Of a stretch of DNA of 30,258 nt, positions 10,366 to 19,779 are shown piece after piece. Within the stretch, counting starts at the first letter, position 1; each line of letters begins with the position of its first letter. Both the position numbers and the translations under genes were made by a program. The DNA lies in NCBI GenBank assembly GCA_054661495.1, contig BAAFSQ010000107.1, forward strand, positions 1-30,258. The letters run 5' to 3'. This DNA comes from Zygophlyctis sp. KS116. Lineage: Eukaryota; Fungi; Chytridiomycota. The notes under the pieces were generated by a model. The model was not told the DNA's origin, did no database searches, and was given only the letters and a program-made list of their open reading frames with translations.

Positions 10366-11961
10366 ATGCTAGAACTTGTGGAAGCTCTCTATGATTACAA
10401 TCCAAGCGATGCTTCTCAATTACACTTTCAGGCAGGGAGCCAAATCCTTATTATTCATAAAAACTCTACTGGATGGTGGTATGGATCACTAGGGGGAGAA
10501 AAGGGATGGATTCCTTCCAATTACATCAATCAAAAAGATTCCAAGCAGTTACCTGATTCTCAAAAATCTAATCTTTTGATTGCGAATGAAATGACAATGG
10601 CAGCTGAAGACTTACTCATGGCATTGGATTCAAATGATGAAAAATTGATTATGGAAAAGGCAAGGCATCTCGGGAAATCTATAAGAAGGTTACCGCAACA
10701 TAAGCAAACAAGAAAAGTTGACAAGAAACTTTCGGCTGTTTTTTCTAATCCTCCAGACACTATTCAAAAATTAACAGATGAATTAGAAGAGATTGCATAT
10801 CAATTTCTGGATATGATTGAAAGTGTTGATTTTGCGCAGATTATAAGACCATCGACTAATTATGGAGTCCCGATTGATTTAGATACTTCACGTCCCATGG
10901 TAACACCGATTTCTCCAGATGTTCAAGGGAATAAAATAGTATTTAATAGTTGTGGAAAAGTCAAGTCTGGAAGTAAGAAGTCACTTTTGGAATATTTGAC
11001 AAATCCTGAAAAGTCTGATATAGTGTATCTCCGAATATTTTTAACGACTTATTCACTACACTTTAAATCTACAGAGTTATTGGATCACTTGAAAAATGTA
11101 TTTAACAGTAACACTTCTTTTGATCCGTATTGTAACAGGGTTATAAATATCATGACAATTTGGCTGGAAGACTTTCTGCCTTTGAAGAATGAAGGAAGTT
11201 TATTTTTCAAGAGTTTTTACGAATTTATAACAGATGAAGTTGGATTATACTCTCCAGAGGTCTCAAGTAAATTCTTGGTGCTTCTAAAACGAGTAAAAAA
11301 CATGCAGAAAATTAGGCGAACTTCAGATAAAGTAATGGACGTCTTTATAAGTCGTATTCAATCTATTAATCTTTCTGAATGTAACCCAGCACATGTAGGC
11401 ACAGAACTTCATAATATTTATATACATCTTTTCAATCGCATTCAGTATTCAGATTGGATTAAGAAGAATGCTTTGGAACTGGAATCTATTTCCAGTCTGA
11501 TAAAATTTAGTAAATTTGTTTCAAAATGGGTCCAAGTCCTAATTTTGAAAGAAGAGAATTTAAGTAAGCAAGTTCAGAATATTAAAGTGTTAATCAAAAT
11601 ATGTCGTAGTTTATATGCCTTGAAAAATTTTCAAGGTGTTAAAGATATTATCAACGAAATGCGATCTGAAGCTCTTAGGAACGTAATGCTGGAAATTGGA
11701 CTTGAAGACTTTGAGATGGTCAAAACTTTACTGACCATTGTGCGATGTCAGGATCATAAGTACGCTATGTACCACTCAGAATTGAATTTTATCGAAGGCT
11801 CTTTCTTCCCTCTTCTTATTGCACACTGTAAGTCAATCATGTTGGTACATAGTCAGGTTGGTAATATGACTTCATGCGGATTAATCAATTTCTCAAAAAT
11901 GGCCATTTTGTCCTACAATTTGGAAAAGATGTTGCTAGCACATCGACATTATCTTGTATAA
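10366..11961 (+). CDS. SH3 + REM + CDC25-like RasGEF-domain protein (divergent)
   Basis: SH3 ALYDY..L.F..G..GWW.G..GWIPSNY; REM FLTTYSLH..ELLD..RVINIM..WL; GEF-like LKNF and LINFSKM. Single open frame of 531 aa. Confidence 0.85.
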   Translation: MLELVEALYDYNPSDASQLHFQAGSQILIIHKNSTGWWYGSLGGEKGWIPSNYINQKDSKQLPDSQKSNLLIANEMTMAAEDLLMALDSNDEKLIMEKARHLGKSIRRLPQHKQTRKVDKKLSAVFSNPPDTIQKLTDELEEIAYQFLDMIESVDFAQIIRPSTNYGVPIDLDTSRPMVTPISPDVQGNKIVFNSCGKVKSGSKKSLLEYLTNPEKSDIVYLRIFLTTYSLHFKSTELLDHLKNVFNSNTSFDPYCNRVINIMTIWLEDFLPLKNEGSLFFKSFYEFITDEVGLYSPEVSSKFLVLLKRVKNMQKIRRTSDKVMDVFISRIQSINLSECNPAHVGTELHNIYIHLFNRIQYSDWIKKNALELESISSLIKFSKFVSKWVQVLILKEENLSKQVQNIKVLIKICRSLYALKNFQGVKDIINEMRSEALRNVMLEIGLEDFEMVKTLLTIVRCQDHKYAMYHSELNFIEGSFFPLLIAHCKSIMLVHSQVGNMTSCGLINFSKMAILSYNLEKMLLAHRHYLV

Positions 11962-11962
11962 A

Positions 11963-12724
11963 TCAATTAACAATGTTTATTAACCACTCGACTGTCTTAT
12001 TGAGCAAAAATGTATATGCCTCTAGGTCTGCATTTCCATCAAACATTTGCATATGTGCATCAATCACACTAGCAATTTTAGTATACTTAATTGGCGAAAA
12101 ATAATGATCGTATTCCTTGTTTAAGGTCATAAATGTGCCATCTTTGCAAGACGTGTAGAAACAGTGAAATTGAAACTTGGTATTTTGAAAAATGAATTCA
12201 TTTAATTTAACAAATCTATCATTTGCTTCTCCAGGCTTCCATAATGGACCCAAAAATTCCAATTTTTTAGATACGATCGTTGATACATGAGATGAAAGAG
12301 AACTTTTAGAAGCAACATAAGCTGCTCCTGCAGCGACTGCAATAGAAGCAATCCCAATCCATTTTGAAGAAGATGAAGAAGCGAATATTTTGTTTGCCGC
12401 TTCCACACCAGAATTGATCAAATTAGAATGCTCTAGTCCAAAAAACGGAGAATCAAATGCAAGAACGGCAATCACTTTAATTGAGTATTTTAAGATTGCA
12501 TCCAATACTAATATTCCACCCATAGAATGACAAATAATTACAACCTGATCATTAATTGTGCCTATCCATCGAACAAAATCTTGCACTTGAGTGGCACCAG
12601 ATGTTTCATAATCATAGCCAATGACTTCAAACTTGCGATCAAATATTGTACTTAAATGTTCAGGAAACTTGTTGAATGTAGAGGAGAATGAGCCCTGAAA
12701 GCCATGCACAAATACCAACTTCAT
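11963..12724 (-). CDS. Alpha/beta-hydrolase (DUF676-like putative lipase/esterase)
   Basis: FVHGFQG oxyanion motif, nucleophile elbow CHSMGG, AFDSPFFG, late His (AHMQMF). Confidence 0.8.
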   Translation of the reverse strand: MKLVFVHGFQGSFSSTFNKFPEHLSTIFDRKFEVIGYDYETSGATQVQDFVRWIGTINDQVVIICHSMGGILVLDAILKYSIKVIAVLAFDSPFFGLEHSNLINSGVEAANKIFASSSSSKWIGIASIAVAAGAAYVASKSSLSSHVSTIVSKKLEFLGPLWKPGEANDRFVKLNEFIFQNTKFQFHCFYTSCKDGTFMTLNKEYDHYFSPIKYTKIASVIDAHMQMFDGNADLEAYTFLLNKTVEWLINIVN

Positions 12725-12759
12725 GCGGAAACGGAAAGCTATTGGTTAGGTAGTCACTA

Positions 12760-13699
12760 ATGAATCTAGTATATTGTCTCCGTAATAATGATGCAGTGAC
12801 ATGCATTGAGCTTCGAAATAGTTTCTTATTGACTGGATCAGATCAGATCAGGCTGTGGAATTTAAAGAATGGGAAAATGGTTTCTAAACTTCATGATCGC
12901 TCAAGAATTTTAAAGATTCAATCATTTAAAGATAGGATTGCAATTCATGCAAGAGACGATTGCATTCAGGAATGCTCTTGGCCTTATCTTGAGAAAATCG
13001 ATACTATAAGAGTTAATACTTGTAATTTTTGTGCGTTTGATAGAGATCAAGAGGGAAATCTATATGTTCCTGCAGATAATGACTCAAACAAGATTCAAAT
13101 AATGGATTCTACTCATAAAATGTTAAAGGTTTTATCGGCCCCGCATAATGCAGGAATATTGATGTGCTTATTTACTTTTGTTCATTGCAAAAGTAAACAT
13201 TTGGCTGCAGGTTTTGAAGATGGGAGTATCGGTATTTGGGATCTTGAGTCTGGAATCTGCAAAATTTACAAGAATCATACAGAGCCTGTGTTATCAGTGT
13301 ATGTCATTGAAGGAATTGGGATAGTGTCGGGTGGTGCTGATTGTAAACTAGCAATTAGATATTTTTCAAATGATTTAATTACTTGTGATTTTATAGAATT
13401 GGATCATGTAAAAGGAGTATCATGTTTAACTTTTTCTGCAAGTAAATTATTGATTGCAGCTGGAGGATGGGATGGAAGGTACTGTCAAGTATTTAATGAA
13501 AAGTGTTTATATTATTCCGATTTCACAAATCCAAAATTACAAAGTAATAGAATATCATAGGGGTCGGATCAATGATGTAGTTTTCTTGGATGATCCTAAA
13601 AGGTCTTTTGAATTGGAAGATGCAGAGGATTGGATTTGTCCTAATGATTCATTGATAGTGGGATCTGAAGATGGCCGAGTTTCGATATGGGAAATTTAA
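12760..13699 (+). CDS. WD40-repeat protein, ASA1/GNB1L-like
   Basis: WD repeats (IRLWN, AAGFEDGSIGIWD, HTEPVLS, AAGGWDG, GSEDGRVSIWEI). Intron 13479-13503 joins the two ORFs. Confidence 0.75.
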
Positions 13700-13770
13700 G
13701 AATTTTTTCAAATCATACAGATATATACAGGATATAAAAGAATTTGTGAATCAGTAACTGGCGCGTTCTC

Positions 13771-13787
13771 GACGCGCTTCCGAAGAT
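13771..13787. repeat. Target-site duplication, left copy (gacgcgcttccgaagat)
   Basis: 17/17 identical to 19091-19107 and abuts the T-run. The last T is ambiguous with the tail. Confidence 0.97.
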
Positions 13788-16700
13788 TTTTTTTTTTTTT
13801 TTTTTTTTTTATTATTAGGCAATTACAATATCAAATAATCTACTTTAGCAATTCCATAAATCCTTTGATTGGATCTTATTAGTCCAATGGCAGAGGTTAT
13901 TTTATATGATGAATCCTAGTTTTTCTTCCTAAATCTAGAAAGATTCTAACCTACTCCTCCTTATTACAGAAAGATATTGTATGAAAGAATTTGATTTTTG
14001 ATTCCACTGGTCTTTAAGAGACAGACTTTATAGGATCACTATCAGTGCCGAATTGCCTATCGGTTTTTGAACCTTATTTTCAGACAGAACCCACCGTTTC
14101 ATTGAAACGCGGCCCTTCCCCACCTTCTTCATCCTCCGCCCCTACCATGGAAACCATAGCAGACATTGGATCCTCCCCTCGGTCATTCATGGTTTTATCC
14201 GGTGGGATTTTTAGCTTTATAGATATTTTTTGGGGTGATCCAAGTTTTAGTTTGATTTTTTTAAAATGATCTTGTTCATAGTGACCGGTCTGTTTTCTTC
14301 TACGTTTACTTGTAAGATTATTTGTTAAGGGAGATGAGTCTATATATGTGGTAGTTGTCCTTGGCTTATTCCTTTGGGATGTCACCCTGCTCCTGATCTT
14401 GGGCTTTAACCTAATCTTTTGAGGGTTCCTGGCGTGAGATGTTATCAGCATAATTGGTTTTGGTAATATTTTGGAAGTAGACAAGTTTATTTTCTTGGGA
14501 TGTTCTGCAAGTGAAGTGAATAGGGATATTTTGGAATAGTTTATTAATTTTATTTTCTTAATTGTGTGATGTTCTGAGTTAGATTTTCTTTTATTCTGAT
14601 GATTTTGTTCTTGCGATTGTTTAAGATCTTTACAGCGTTCTGTCCAAATGATTTTATAGACTGTAGTTAGCCAAGAATCAAGTACTAATTGTATCCATAG
14701 TTTTGTGTGATTTTTAGTTCTTTTGGTTTTCTTAAAACGGTCTATTAGAGTTTGATTGATAAGACCATATGCTGAAGGTAAAGTTGTGAATTCTTGGAAA
14801 TTTTGGAAGCCTAACAAGTACATGAGATGTTTTTTGGATGGTTTAAAATGTTGTTCATTGAGATTTTTATATGTTGGATTGGTGTTTAATCTTTCATTAA
14901 TAGACTCAATCGTGGTATTGTATAATTTCGATGAGATTGTTTTATTTTTATCGCAAGTTATTAAATGTTGTAGTGTTTCTTCTTCTTTTTTGCATCGGGG
15001 ACAAATTGAGTTTTCAGTATATGTATTATTGTTATAATTCCATTTTTTGACTAGGGACAGAACAGGTAGTTTTTTGGAGAAAAATCGGATGCGGAAACTC
15101 TGTTCCTTGACATCGGTTGCATCTAACGCATTTTCAAGATTCATTCCTTGATAGCAAACTTTAAGCGTATCTTTCCAATCAATATCTGAGAATTCCCATT
15201 TTTCATTCAAATTGGTTTCGATCAGTCCAAATTGTTTTTCTTGTCTGATTTTTTTCAAAAATTGATTTGGGTATCCATTTACTATGGTATTATTCTTAAA
15301 AAGGTATTCTTTAACCGAACCGATTCCTACTTGGTAGTTTTCAAGTGAGGATTCAGCGCCTAATTTGGCTAGTTCATCTGCTTGATCATTTTTAAGTAAG
15401 TTTGAGTGTCCTGCTACTTTTATGAATGTAGGAATTTTACTAAATTGTAACATGACTGCTTTAATTTGTTCGAGGATATACAAGTTTTTATATTTGAGTT
15501 CTGTTCGAGATGATTCTTTAACTAAGATATTTTTGCATCCATTAATGGCACATTGAGAATCCGTATATATTCTTATTGTCTGATTAGTATGACAAATGTC
15601 TAATGCTGCTAATATGCCAATTAATTCTGCTTTTGTTGATGAGGGATTTTGAGAGTCTACCTTTATTGATTGTTTGTGTATTATATTTTCTTGAGTGTCC
15701 CAGATTAGAAATCCTGCACCCATCTTATTGGATTCTTTTTTCAAACTTCCATCTGTCCATATTTCTAATTCTGTTTTTTCTTCTGGGATTTTATAAATCG
15801 TCTCTTGTTCTTCCTTTATGTAGATTGGAATTCTGTAATTAAATTGCTGGGAGTAATCATCTTGGCAGTTGCTCATTTTTTGCATAATGAATTGGTACCA
15901 ATTTGGAACTTTGTCAAATATTGCTTTTTTCAGTCTTGGCCAGTGGTTTGTGAGATCGTTAAACGATAATAATAATTGTTTGTTTGATGGAAGTTGCAAA
16001 TTACTAAGATTAAGATCAAACATGATTTTTCTTCCTGAGATATAATCCTCTAGAGGCATTTCAAGGAGAATTTGTTCAAATTGTCCGACATGTGTTTGTT
16101 TTATAGATAAGTTTTCCCTATGAAATAAGTTGATCACATACTTGATAAAAGAATTGTTTTGAAGTTTGACCGGTTTGTTTATAAGAGGGAGGGGGAATCT
16201 CATTTTAAGTCGTAGTTTTTCTAAAACAGCTCTAATAACTTTTGAGGTTATATTATCATTTCTTAAAAATACAGTCAAGTCGGTAATGATTGTATTTTTG
16301 TGGATGTTTTTTATTGAGAAGAGTTTGATGCCAAATTCGTTACAGTAGATGTAATCATTTTTAGTAGTTGGCGGTAATTTATTTTTAAGTCTGGTGAGTG
16401 ATCTTAACCTCTTGTCGACTTTTTCTAATTGATTGTCTGAGATTGGGATATATTGTAGACGATATTTAATTGTTGGTATGATCACTGTATTTATCAAATG
16501 AGTCATTATCTTTCCTGGGATGAATTTGTATTGAATTGCAACAATTTGATTGATTAACTCAGTCATTGTCTTTTTAATTGTTGCCTTATAATTACCATCC
16601 ATTGACCAGTATACACCCAAAATCCTTACAAGTTCAGTTTTTGGAACGAGTTGAATAGTTTGTTGATTGATTTTAAACTCATAGTTTGACTGATCATCAT

Positions 16701-19090
16701 TAGTTAGGATTTTAGATTTTGTTGCATTGAGTGACATTTTATGTGATTTTAAAAATAATTCAATATCCGCAAGCATGTCCTGTAAAACTTCTTTTCTATG
16801 CGAAATTGGATGAATATCATCCGCATAAGCGAGCACTGAGATATTTATTGTATGATATAATTTATATCCAATTTTGCTTTGTAAATTTGTTAAGAGTTCA
16901 TCGTAGAATATATTCCATAAAATAGGAGACATGGGATCTCCTTGAGGCAGTCCTCTTTCAGCGGAAAAAATATTCGTTCGTCCGGCTGGTGATTCAATGA
17001 AAACTTTTCTTGTTAGAATTTTTCGAACCTGATTTATAAATTGAGTTGGGACTTTAATTCTCTTGAGCGATTGTTCGATACTTTGGAAAGGAACTGAGTC
17101 ATATGCTTTTTGGACATCGAGCGAGGCCATGTAGAAGTTGTTTTTGGTCAGTTTGGCGTCGTCGATTAAAAGTCTTATGATCATCAGGGGATCTTTTGTA
17201 CTCATATCTTTGGTAAAACCAAAATTATTTCCTTTCAGAATGTCATTACTATTTATTATTTTTGTGATTCTATTGGTAAGCAATTGACTAAACAATTTTT
17301 TAAATGTGTCAATCAGTGTAATTGGTCTGGTTTTAGATAAGTCGCCATCAAATTGATCCGATTTAGGAATTAGAATTATCTTAGCTATGTTGAAAATTTC
17401 TGGGAATTGTTCTTCGGCCAACATTAAATTTAACATTTGTAATATTTTATGTAAATATTCCTGATTTGAGATTAATTTGATGAGATCATTTGAAATTTGT
17501 GATAATCCTGGAGTTTTATTCCTTCCTAGTTGTTGAATAGACTCTTGCATTTCTGCCATTGAAAATTTATCCGAAATATTTGTGTATATATTGTGGTCAA
17601 TATCATGTATAAAGTCCTGTTTCGATGTAATCTTTTGTCCATTTTCATTGTATATTTTTTTAAAATATGATTCAATCTCAGTATTGATTTCTAAATCGTC
17701 CATTATTATTTGATTTTCGGTTTTTTTTAGGTAGAAGGGAGTGGCAAAAGAGCGTTTATGATCAAAGATGTTCATAATGTGTTGTTTTTGAAAATGGATA
17801 AACTGTTTAGCTCTCCTATTCATAGCTTTCTTGATTGCTTTTCTTTTCCGTGAATGAATAAGTCGTTCGAGTTTTTCCTGAATAACAGTAAGATATTGGT
17901 ATATGTTCTCTGGAGAAGCTGAAGTTAATTCAAATGTTTTAATTTCTTCTATTAATTTGAAATTCTTTAATAAAATATAAATCAATTTCCACCTGAGTTC
18001 TAACTCTGTATTGTCGTCTTGAATCTGAAACAGCAGTTTATATGTTCCCTTGTATGCTTTTTTACATTTTGGTCTTTTATCTGGAATTGAATATTTAGGA
18101 TCTGTAAGTGTAACTTGAAATGAATTTTTAGCTGCTTGTAATAGATTTTTGTTTAGCATTTTGAATATGCATTCTATATTATTAGTGTTTGTCAGCTTTT
18201 TAAGAGATCTATTGAAATCATTTATCTCCTTTTTAGTGATGTCTTTCAGATTTATTTTAAATTTTGATTCGCTTTGAGGTGGTGGGTTGAAATTTTTTTG
18301 TGATAGATCAAAATTTAATGTAAGTTTTATAGGATGATGATGCAATCTCTGATCTAATTTACTGAGAATTGATATGTCGTTTGTATCCTTTGCTATATTG
18401 GGACTTACATATGTGAGATCAATTCGGGATTTGCTATCTAATTGTTCGTATGTGTACTCCATTTTATGAGGGTGTAGAAATCTGTAAATATCTATTAATG
18501 TGCAACTTTGTGTTAGAAATGGATTCAAATTTTTCTTTGGTGTGACATATGAACGGTTTCTGTCTAGATCATCGTTCGGACATTCGTTGAGATCTCCTTG
18601 TAAGATTACAGATGTCTCATTGTCTTTATCTTGTATAGATTCAAATATAAATTGTTTTATTTTTTTAATGATATTTTTATAGTCCGAGTTCGATCTGGAG
18701 GGTGAATAGATTGCAATATATATGATCTTATACATATTATTTTTTAAAGTTATTGCTATTCCATGGCCATTTAATTTTCTAATATTTGATATATATTTTT
18801 TCAGTGGTTTTTGAATGAAGAGCATTACACCTTTTGCATGGGTAGAATGGTTTTCATTATTATGATCTGTGAAACATAGATAGTCTTTATTAGTGTAGAA
18901 AACTTTTTTGGGTTTGAACGGGATAGAAGAGTCGTTAACCCGGAATGTAAACAACTTTACACAAAACTCGGTAGTGTTTACATTCCAGGCGGAGACATGC
19001 TCCTTTACTCTTCTATATATACAATAGAATACCTTTTCATAGCTATTTTTAAATTTCTTGTCGACGATCATTTTCAGTTTTTAATTTTTT
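13788..19090 (-). mobile_element. Non-LTR retrotransposon (LINE), ~5.3 kb, single ORF, poly(A) tail, 17-bp TSD
   Basis: Plus-strand T-run 13787-13810 equals a minus-strand poly(A). About 270 nt 3' UTR, intronless 1663-aa ORF, A-rich sense strand, flanking direct repeats. Confidence 0.97.
14080..19071 (-). CDS. LINE polyprotein: APE endonuclease, reverse transcriptase, RNase H, CCHC finger, basic tail
   Basis: APE: KGVMLF, IYSP, QGDLN, SRIDLTYVS. RT: KTPG, RPITL, NNFGF, LDVQKAYDSV, GLPQGDPMSP, YADD, RILG. RNase H: WTDGS, KAEL, YTDSQ, VAGHS..NDQADELAK. Finger: CPRC..ETLQHLITC. Confidence 0.97.
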   Translation of the reverse strand: MIVDKKFKNSYEKVFYCIYRRVKEHVSAWNVNTTEFCVKLFTFRVNDSSIPFKPKKVFYTNKDYLCFTDHNNENHSTHAKGVMLFIQKPLKKYISNIRKLNGHGIAITLKNNMYKIIYIAIYSPSRSNSDYKNIIKKIKQFIFESIQDKDNETSVILQGDLNECPNDDLDRNRSYVTPKKNLNPFLTQSCTLIDIYRFLHPHKMEYTYEQLDSKSRIDLTYVSPNIAKDTNDISILSKLDQRLHHHPIKLTLNFDLSQKNFNPPPQSESKFKINLKDITKKEINDFNRSLKKLTNTNNIECIFKMLNKNLLQAAKNSFQVTLTDPKYSIPDKRPKCKKAYKGTYKLLFQIQDDNTELELRWKLIYILLKNFKLIEEIKTFELTSASPENIYQYLTVIQEKLERLIHSRKRKAIKKAMNRRAKQFIHFQKQHIMNIFDHKRSFATPFYLKKTENQIIMDDLEINTEIESYFKKIYNENGQKITSKQDFIHDIDHNIYTNISDKFSMAEMQESIQQLGRNKTPGLSQISNDLIKLISNQEYLHKILQMLNLMLAEEQFPEIFNIAKIILIPKSDQFDGDLSKTRPITLIDTFKKLFSQLLTNRITKIINSNDILKGNNFGFTKDMSTKDPLMIIRLLIDDAKLTKNNFYMASLDVQKAYDSVPFQSIEQSLKRIKVPTQFINQVRKILTRKVFIESPAGRTNIFSAERGLPQGDPMSPILWNIFYDELLTNLQSKIGYKLYHTINISVLAYADDIHPISHRKEVLQDMLADIELFLKSHKMSLNATKSKILTNDDQSNYEFKINQQTIQLVPKTELVRILGVYWSMDGNYKATIKKTMTELINQIVAIQYKFIPGKIMTHLINTVIIPTIKYRLQYIPISDNQLEKVDKRLRSLTRLKNKLPPTTKNDYIYCNEFGIKLFSIKNIHKNTIITDLTVFLRNDNITSKVIRAVLEKLRLKMRFPLPLINKPVKLQNNSFIKYVINLFHRENLSIKQTHVGQFEQILLEMPLEDYISGRKIMFDLNLSNLQLPSNKQLLLSFNDLTNHWPRLKKAIFDKVPNWYQFIMQKMSNCQDDYSQQFNYRIPIYIKEEQETIYKIPEEKTELEIWTDGSLKKESNKMGAGFLIWDTQENIIHKQSIKVDSQNPSSTKAELIGILAALDICHTNQTIRIYTDSQCAINGCKNILVKESSRTELKYKNLYILEQIKAVMLQFSKIPTFIKVAGHSNLLKNDQADELAKLGAESSLENYQVGIGSVKEYLFKNNTIVNGYPNQFLKKIRQEKQFGLIETNLNEKWEFSDIDWKDTLKVCYQGMNLENALDATDVKEQSFRIRFFSKKLPVLSLVKKWNYNNNTYTENSICPRCKKEEETLQHLITCDKNKTISSKLYNTTIESINERLNTNPTYKNLNEQHFKPSKKHLMYLLGFQNFQEFTTLPSAYGLINQTLIDRFKKTKRTKNHTKLWIQLVLDSWLTTVYKIIWTERCKDLKQSQEQNHQNKRKSNSEHHTIKKIKLINYSKISLFTSLAEHPKKINLSTSKILPKPIMLITSHARNPQKIRLKPKIRSRVTSQRNKPRTTTTYIDSSPLTNNLTSKRRRKQTGHYEQDHFKKIKLKLGSPQKISIKLKIPPDKTMNDRGEDPMSAMVSMVGAEDEEGGEGPRFNETVGSV

Positions 19091-19107
19091 GACGCGCTTC
19101 CGAAGAT
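19091..19107. repeat. Target-site duplication, right copy
   Basis: Identical to 13771-13787 and directly followed by the ATG at 19108. Confidence 0.97.
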
Positions 19108-19751
19108 ATGACTGTACTTGTAATTTTAAATAAGCTATGCTTAACGATCGGATTGATTGCAAATTTATTGGCTGTATCTGGAGGTGGATTGGTCATTCCG
19201 CCATTTAAAAGTCTTTATTGGCTTCAAACACCAAATACATTGGTAGGTGTATATGGTGGATGTCCGAGAACCTCAGCGGAAGGAGTTTTTACGATTGATT
19301 ATGATTGGAGAGATATTCAAAGTAGTTGCTGGCAGTTTTTTAAAGTTGAAGAATCAGCAATTGACGGAACATGTAAAAGCTATTTACTAACCATTTAGTG
19401 GGAAAACTGCAATCCCTTATTTTTTTCATCTTATTCTGCATCACCTTGATCCTTAACTTTTCTTCTTTAATCATGTTTTTATGCCATGATTATCAAATGT
19501 CTGGGGTAGTTTCCATATTTGCTTTTACCATCCATACAGTCTGCTACGGTTTAACAGTCTCTAATTTTCTACAAATAGGCAAAGGATTTTATTCCAGTGG
19601 ATCAGAGTATTTTTGGACTACTTTCTTTGGCCCAGGACTATATTTATCGGCTGCGGCTGGTATTCTTACGTTGATTTCTTCTGTAATGACTCTAGGGATC
19701 TACTACAAAGGACGATCTTCTGATTACAAAGGACTCAGTAATGTTCTTTAA
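19108..19751 (+). CDS. Four-TM claudin/PMP22/SUR7-superfamily-like membrane protein
   Basis: N-terminal TM, loop with W...VGVYGGC...C, three further TMs and FGPGLYL. Intron 19373-19398 joins the two ORFs in frame. Confidence 0.65.
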
Positions 19752-19779
19752 ATATATCTGAAAATAAAACAAAACTTTC

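Noticed and set aside
14756-18682. Short plus-strand ORFs inside the LINE as an antisense ORF0-like gene
   Set aside because: They are short, motif-free and expected opposite a long biased ORF.
19055-19080. Hammerhead ribozyme core (CTGAAAA...GAAA on the minus strand)
   Set aside because: It does not match CUGANGA and lacks convincing flanking stems.
18900-19090. 5' inversion (twin priming) of the LINE
   Set aside because: The A-rich bias stays on the minus strand up to the junction. The plus-strand NVN/QAET reading arises partly from the palindrome and does not join the downstream frame.
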